A stretch of DNA of 10,288 nucleotides, taken from assembly GCA_016930515.1 (NCBI GenBank), contig JAFGGO010000004.1, forward strand, positions 1 to 10,288. The letters run 5' to 3'. Made by a program: the position numbers and the translations under genes. How positions within the stretch are numbered: the first letter of the stretch is position 1; each line of letters begins with the position of its first letter. This DNA comes from Promethearchaeota archaeon. GTDB taxonomy: Archaea; Asgardarchaeota; Lokiarchaeia; Sigyniarchaeales; SOKP01. Positions 7,703-10,288 of the stretch are shown one piece after another. The notes beneath the pieces were generated by a model. The model had not been told where the DNA came from and made no database searches. It saw only the letters and a program-made list of their open reading frames with translations.

Positions 7703-7763
7703 AAATGAGACAATATTAGACATTTTTCTCATTTTAGTGTCCCGATGGTTGCGTCCTCGGGGA
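7703..7763 (-). other. Two hairpins at the 3' end of the TnpB-like element (candidate right end / omega-RNA scaffold)
   Basis: AAATGAGA (7703-7710) / TCTCATTT (7727-7734) and TCCCGA (7740-7745) / TCGGGGA (7757-7763), directly after the reconstructed stop codon. Confidence 0.5.
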
Positions 7764-8847
7764 TTAACTGGCAGAAGATGTACTGCCAGGTGATTGATCA
7801 ATCTGATATTTCTTGATGAGCCTGAGTGCTCGATCCTCTATATTGTCCCCCGAATTCTCATGAGTGTTTATCGTGGTCTTGCGCGTCTGGCAAGTGCCCA
7901 CGTCGCCCATTCCTATCGATGATTCCGCCACATCCATGATGATACCTGCTGGTGCCCTCTTTTCTCACGAGCACGAGCTTGATGTTTTTCTGAAGCGTGA
8001 GGTTCACCACTAAGAGCTCTTGAGCGATCAGGTCAAGGCTATCGGGCATTGAGCTGATGGAACGCGCCAGGGCGCCTCGCTTGTCCTTCGTATCCTTAAT
8101 GAGGTCCGCTTCAAGTGCCACGTGGTTCACGTTCCATTCGAGCACTTTCTTTCCAAGTTGAATCCGTGCCCTCCTCAGCACATCAGTTCTCAAGCGGGAA
8201 CGGCGCAGGTGAGCTAATTGAAGCTCCTTATTGAGCTTGAGCGCCTTTTTCAAATCATGGCACGTGTCGCTCCTTGCTTGAAGGTAGGAGATCGCGAGTT
8301 CTAGGATGTTCCATTTATTTAATAAATACTTGAGAGCGCTGTCCATTTCCAAGTCTCGCGAGCCTGTTAGCTCGTGCTCGCTCAATCTATTAACGTCAAT
8401 TCCAAGAGCGGAAACGTGGGTTGCTGAGATTTTAGAATTGATGGGCGTAACTCCGTTCAAGTGATTGGCAGTGATGAACAACTCTTCGGGACCAGAAAGA
8501 ACCAGGTCCACTTTAATGGTCTTGCCCGGTCCACTTGGCATGTTGAACCTAAAGAGCCGGAGTCGCACGCCTTTTTCAAGTGCTCTCAGCACCTTTTTTG
8601 GCGCATATCAGCAAGTTTTCGCTTTCTTGAGAGAACCATCAAGGGAAGCTTTAGGATCTTCAAACCACAGGCATCCGTCTTCCAACAGGAGTTCTTTCAT
8701 CTTGCCTGCATTTCCCGGACGATAGATGTCAAACTCTTGTCCCATGACAAGGTCAATCGGGAGTGGCTGGAGCTGCGTGCGGTCGTGGAAGGGTTTTTTC
8801 AACGTGGTGTCGGGCGTGAACATGCGGATACACCTTTCTATTGCGTG
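7764..8847 (-). pseudogene. tnpB: TnpB/Cas12f-like RuvC nuclease, disrupted (in-frame TGA at 8608-8610, +1 frameshift at about 7906) and probably 5'-truncated
   Basis: RuvC-I ALGIDVN, RuvC-II VALEADL and LVRKEGTSRYHHGCGG. After the frameshift it reads DVGTCQTRKTTINTHENSGDNI (second Zn knuckle and RuvC-III position) to TAA at 7764-7766. ORFs 8608-8934 and 7858-8592 share one frame (KTC*YAPKKVLRA). Confidence 0.75.
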
Positions 8848-8934
8848 TATCCGAGTTCCTTTAATAATTGGTTTACCCGATAAAATCTTGGGATCGACTG
8901 TAATGCGATCGTTAAAAACCTTCATTTTCTTCAA
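8848..8934 (-). pseudogene. N-terminal 29 codons of the DUF433 antitoxin
   Basis: RITVDPKILSGKPIIKGTRI is the DUF433 signature. It is fused in frame to the inserted TnpB-like sequence. Confidence 0.9.
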
Positions 8935-9029
8935 TAATCAGTACTTAATAGCGTCCGACAAAAATAAATAGCTCATTTCTCGTCTCGTTTACTAAAATAT
9001 TAAAGGAAAAGGAAGATAGTATCATATAT

Positions 9030-9114
9030 GTCACGGAATCGTGATCGATGCTCAACTCTCATTATCAGCTCAACCTATTTGTTCTTACGCCTTGAAGTAC
9101 CCTCCTATCAAGGC
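9030..9114 (-). repeat. Repeat-unit copy E (5' part: palindrome GCCTTGA...TCAAGGC at 9089-9114, leader and first codons, decayed)
   Basis: 9030-9053 matches copy A 24-47 at 19/24 nt. The palindrome lies 35 nt from GATGCTC, versus 36 nt in copies A and B. Confidence 0.75.
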
Positions 9115-9208
9115 TTTTAAAATAAATTATCGAGCTAGACTACCCATTATTTTTTTGTATTTATTTGTATTTATTTCCATGAAAACATTTCTTGTGAATA
9201 TTTATTAT

Positions 9209-10288
9209 TCAAGTAAAATCGTTTTGACAAGACTTGCATTTTTCTCCTTGCTCGCGTAATCTATTCACGCAATCCTTGCAATAAAAAGCTTGACAATGAG
9301 GACAAATATATACATTTTGTCCCTCGACAGGCCCTTCATGTACTATGCACAAAAAGACTTGTTTTTCAATGTCTAGTTCAGATTCCGTTTGTGCTAATTC
9401 TTCGGCCTCCAAATTCTTATCCACGATCTTCGGTATTAATCCATCGTTAGCAATTTGAGAATAATGATCGACTTTAAGAGCAAAATCCGATTTTGCGTTT
9501 AATAATTCTGTTTTTTTAGCTAGTTTTCCCCCTGCCAATGGAATGTCCCCAATGCTGATTTGGGTGGCTTTTTTTTTCCTTCTAATTACGATCCCCCCTA
9601 AAGTCACGATACCAACAACGAGGAATGCTCCAAATATGAGTTCTGCTGGAAAAGATGGAGCGTCCGTGAGCGTGTTGACGAGCACATACATTGTTACCGT
9701 CGCACGATCGCCATTTGCGTCAGTTATCGTTAGATTCACCGTGTAAGTTCCAGGTAATCCATATACATGAGCTGGATCCTGCTCGGTGGAGTTTGATCCA
9801 TCTCCAAAATCCCAATAAAACATGAGAGGTGCATTCCCTCCACTACCCGTAAATAAGAATTGAACGGGGCGCCCCTCAATGAAATAAGTCCCATCAATGC
9901 TGAAATTCGCGATGGGCACGAGGTCTTCCAGGACAATAATATATTCTATTTTTATCCCAATATCTCCAATCAAATCGATCACGGTTAGATTTACGGTATA
10001 AATGCCGTTTGTAACATATTGATGTATTGGCTCCTCTTTGGAAGAACTTGTACCATCTCCAAAATCCCAGTAGAATGTGAGTGGGGCGTTCCCACCACTA
10101 CCGTTATAGGTGAATCTTATCGATTGTCCTTCTATTATTGTTGACTGATTTACGAGGAACTTTACCTTGGGTTGGGTATCCGCGTAAACGGTAATATAAT
10201 TTGTTTTTATTTCGACATCATCATCACCATTCGCATCCAAAACGGTTAGATTTACCGTGTAAACGCCAGGTGAGGCGTACGCATGCAC
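9209..10288 (-). CDS. C-terminal part of a PKD-repeat surface protein with a single TM helix and a C-terminal RING-like Zn-binding domain (5' end outside the window)
   Basis: Repeated FYWDFGDG...HxY...GxYTVNLTV with a 255-nt period (9798-9814 vs 10053-10069). Hydrophobic LIFGAFLVVGIVTLGGIVI is followed by RRKKK. C-terminal pattern CxxH-x11-CxxC-x4-CxxC-x10-CxxC. Confidence 0.88.
   Translation of the reverse strand: MHAYASPGVYTVNLTVLDANGDDDVEIKTNYITVYADTQPKVKFLVNQSTIIEGQSIRFTYNGSGGNAPLTFYWDFGDGTSSSKEEPIHQYVTNGIYTVNLTVIDLIGDIGIKIEYIIVLEDLVPIANFSIDGTYFIEGRPVQFLFTGSGGNAPLMFYWDFGDGSNSTEQDPAHVYGLPGTYTVNLTITDANGDRATVTMYVLVNTLTDAPSFPAELIFGAFLVVGIVTLGGIVIRRKKKATQISIGDIPLAGGKLAKKTELLNAKSDFALKVDHYSQIANDGLIPKIVDKNLEAEELAQTESELDIEKQVFLCIVHEGPVEGQNVYICPHCQAFYCKDCVNRLREQGEKCKSCQNDFT

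Larger units (their letters stand above)
7689..8847 (-). mobile_element. About 1.16-kb insertion carrying a TnpB-like gene (IS200/IS605- or IS607-related, no transposase), splitting DUF433; ends uncertain by a few bp
   Basis: DUF433 ...GTRI ends at 8848 and resumes as ALSIIL at 7688. The intervening DNA is visibly GC-richer, encodes RuvC motifs and has 3' hairpins. No obvious target-site duplication. Confidence 0.8.

Noticed and set aside
4464-8610. UGA reassignment or selenocysteine recoding (three in-frame TGAs: cheBR linker, DUF5615, TnpB-like)
   Set aside because: Two of the three genes also have frameshifts, RelE has a premature TAA, TGA serves as a plausible true stop at 2566 and 9209, and none of the sites is an evident catalytic Cys position. 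Decay is simpler.
8608-8934. 108-aa ORF as a genuine single gene
   Set aside because: It is a chimera of 29 DUF433 codons and inserted TnpB-like sequence.

Overview
AT-rich prokaryotic window, most likely from an Asgard (Lokiarchaeia-like) archaeon. That placement is an inference from TATA-like elements about 25-30 nt upstream of apparently leaderless genes, GGTGA-type ribosome-binding motifs, the HDVNNILQ-type kinase, and a PKD-TM-Zn-finger surface protein. It is an accessory island with four different type II toxin-antitoxin (TA) modules: UPF0175/DUF3368 and RHH/PIN look intact, a small antitoxin sits beside a nonsense-inactivated RelE/ParE, and DUF433/DUF5615 is decayed. It also holds a CheB-CheR-PAS-histidine kinase gene broken by one in-frame TGA, a response regulator, a decayed TnpB-like RuvC nuclease gene inserted into the DUF433 antitoxin, and the 3' part of a PKD-repeat membrane protein with a RING-like C-terminus. 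The most unusual signal is missing from the ORF track: five whole or partial copies of one minus-strand unit (bulged palindrome CCTTG-N14-CAAGG + leader + short ORF '...KNLTLEEFTEKFEDLLRKNKVGIVER...') separate the cargo modules. At least one copy, and probably two, is split at the same internal point by a TA module, which suggests a cassette-accumulating locus that is not a canonical attC integron.
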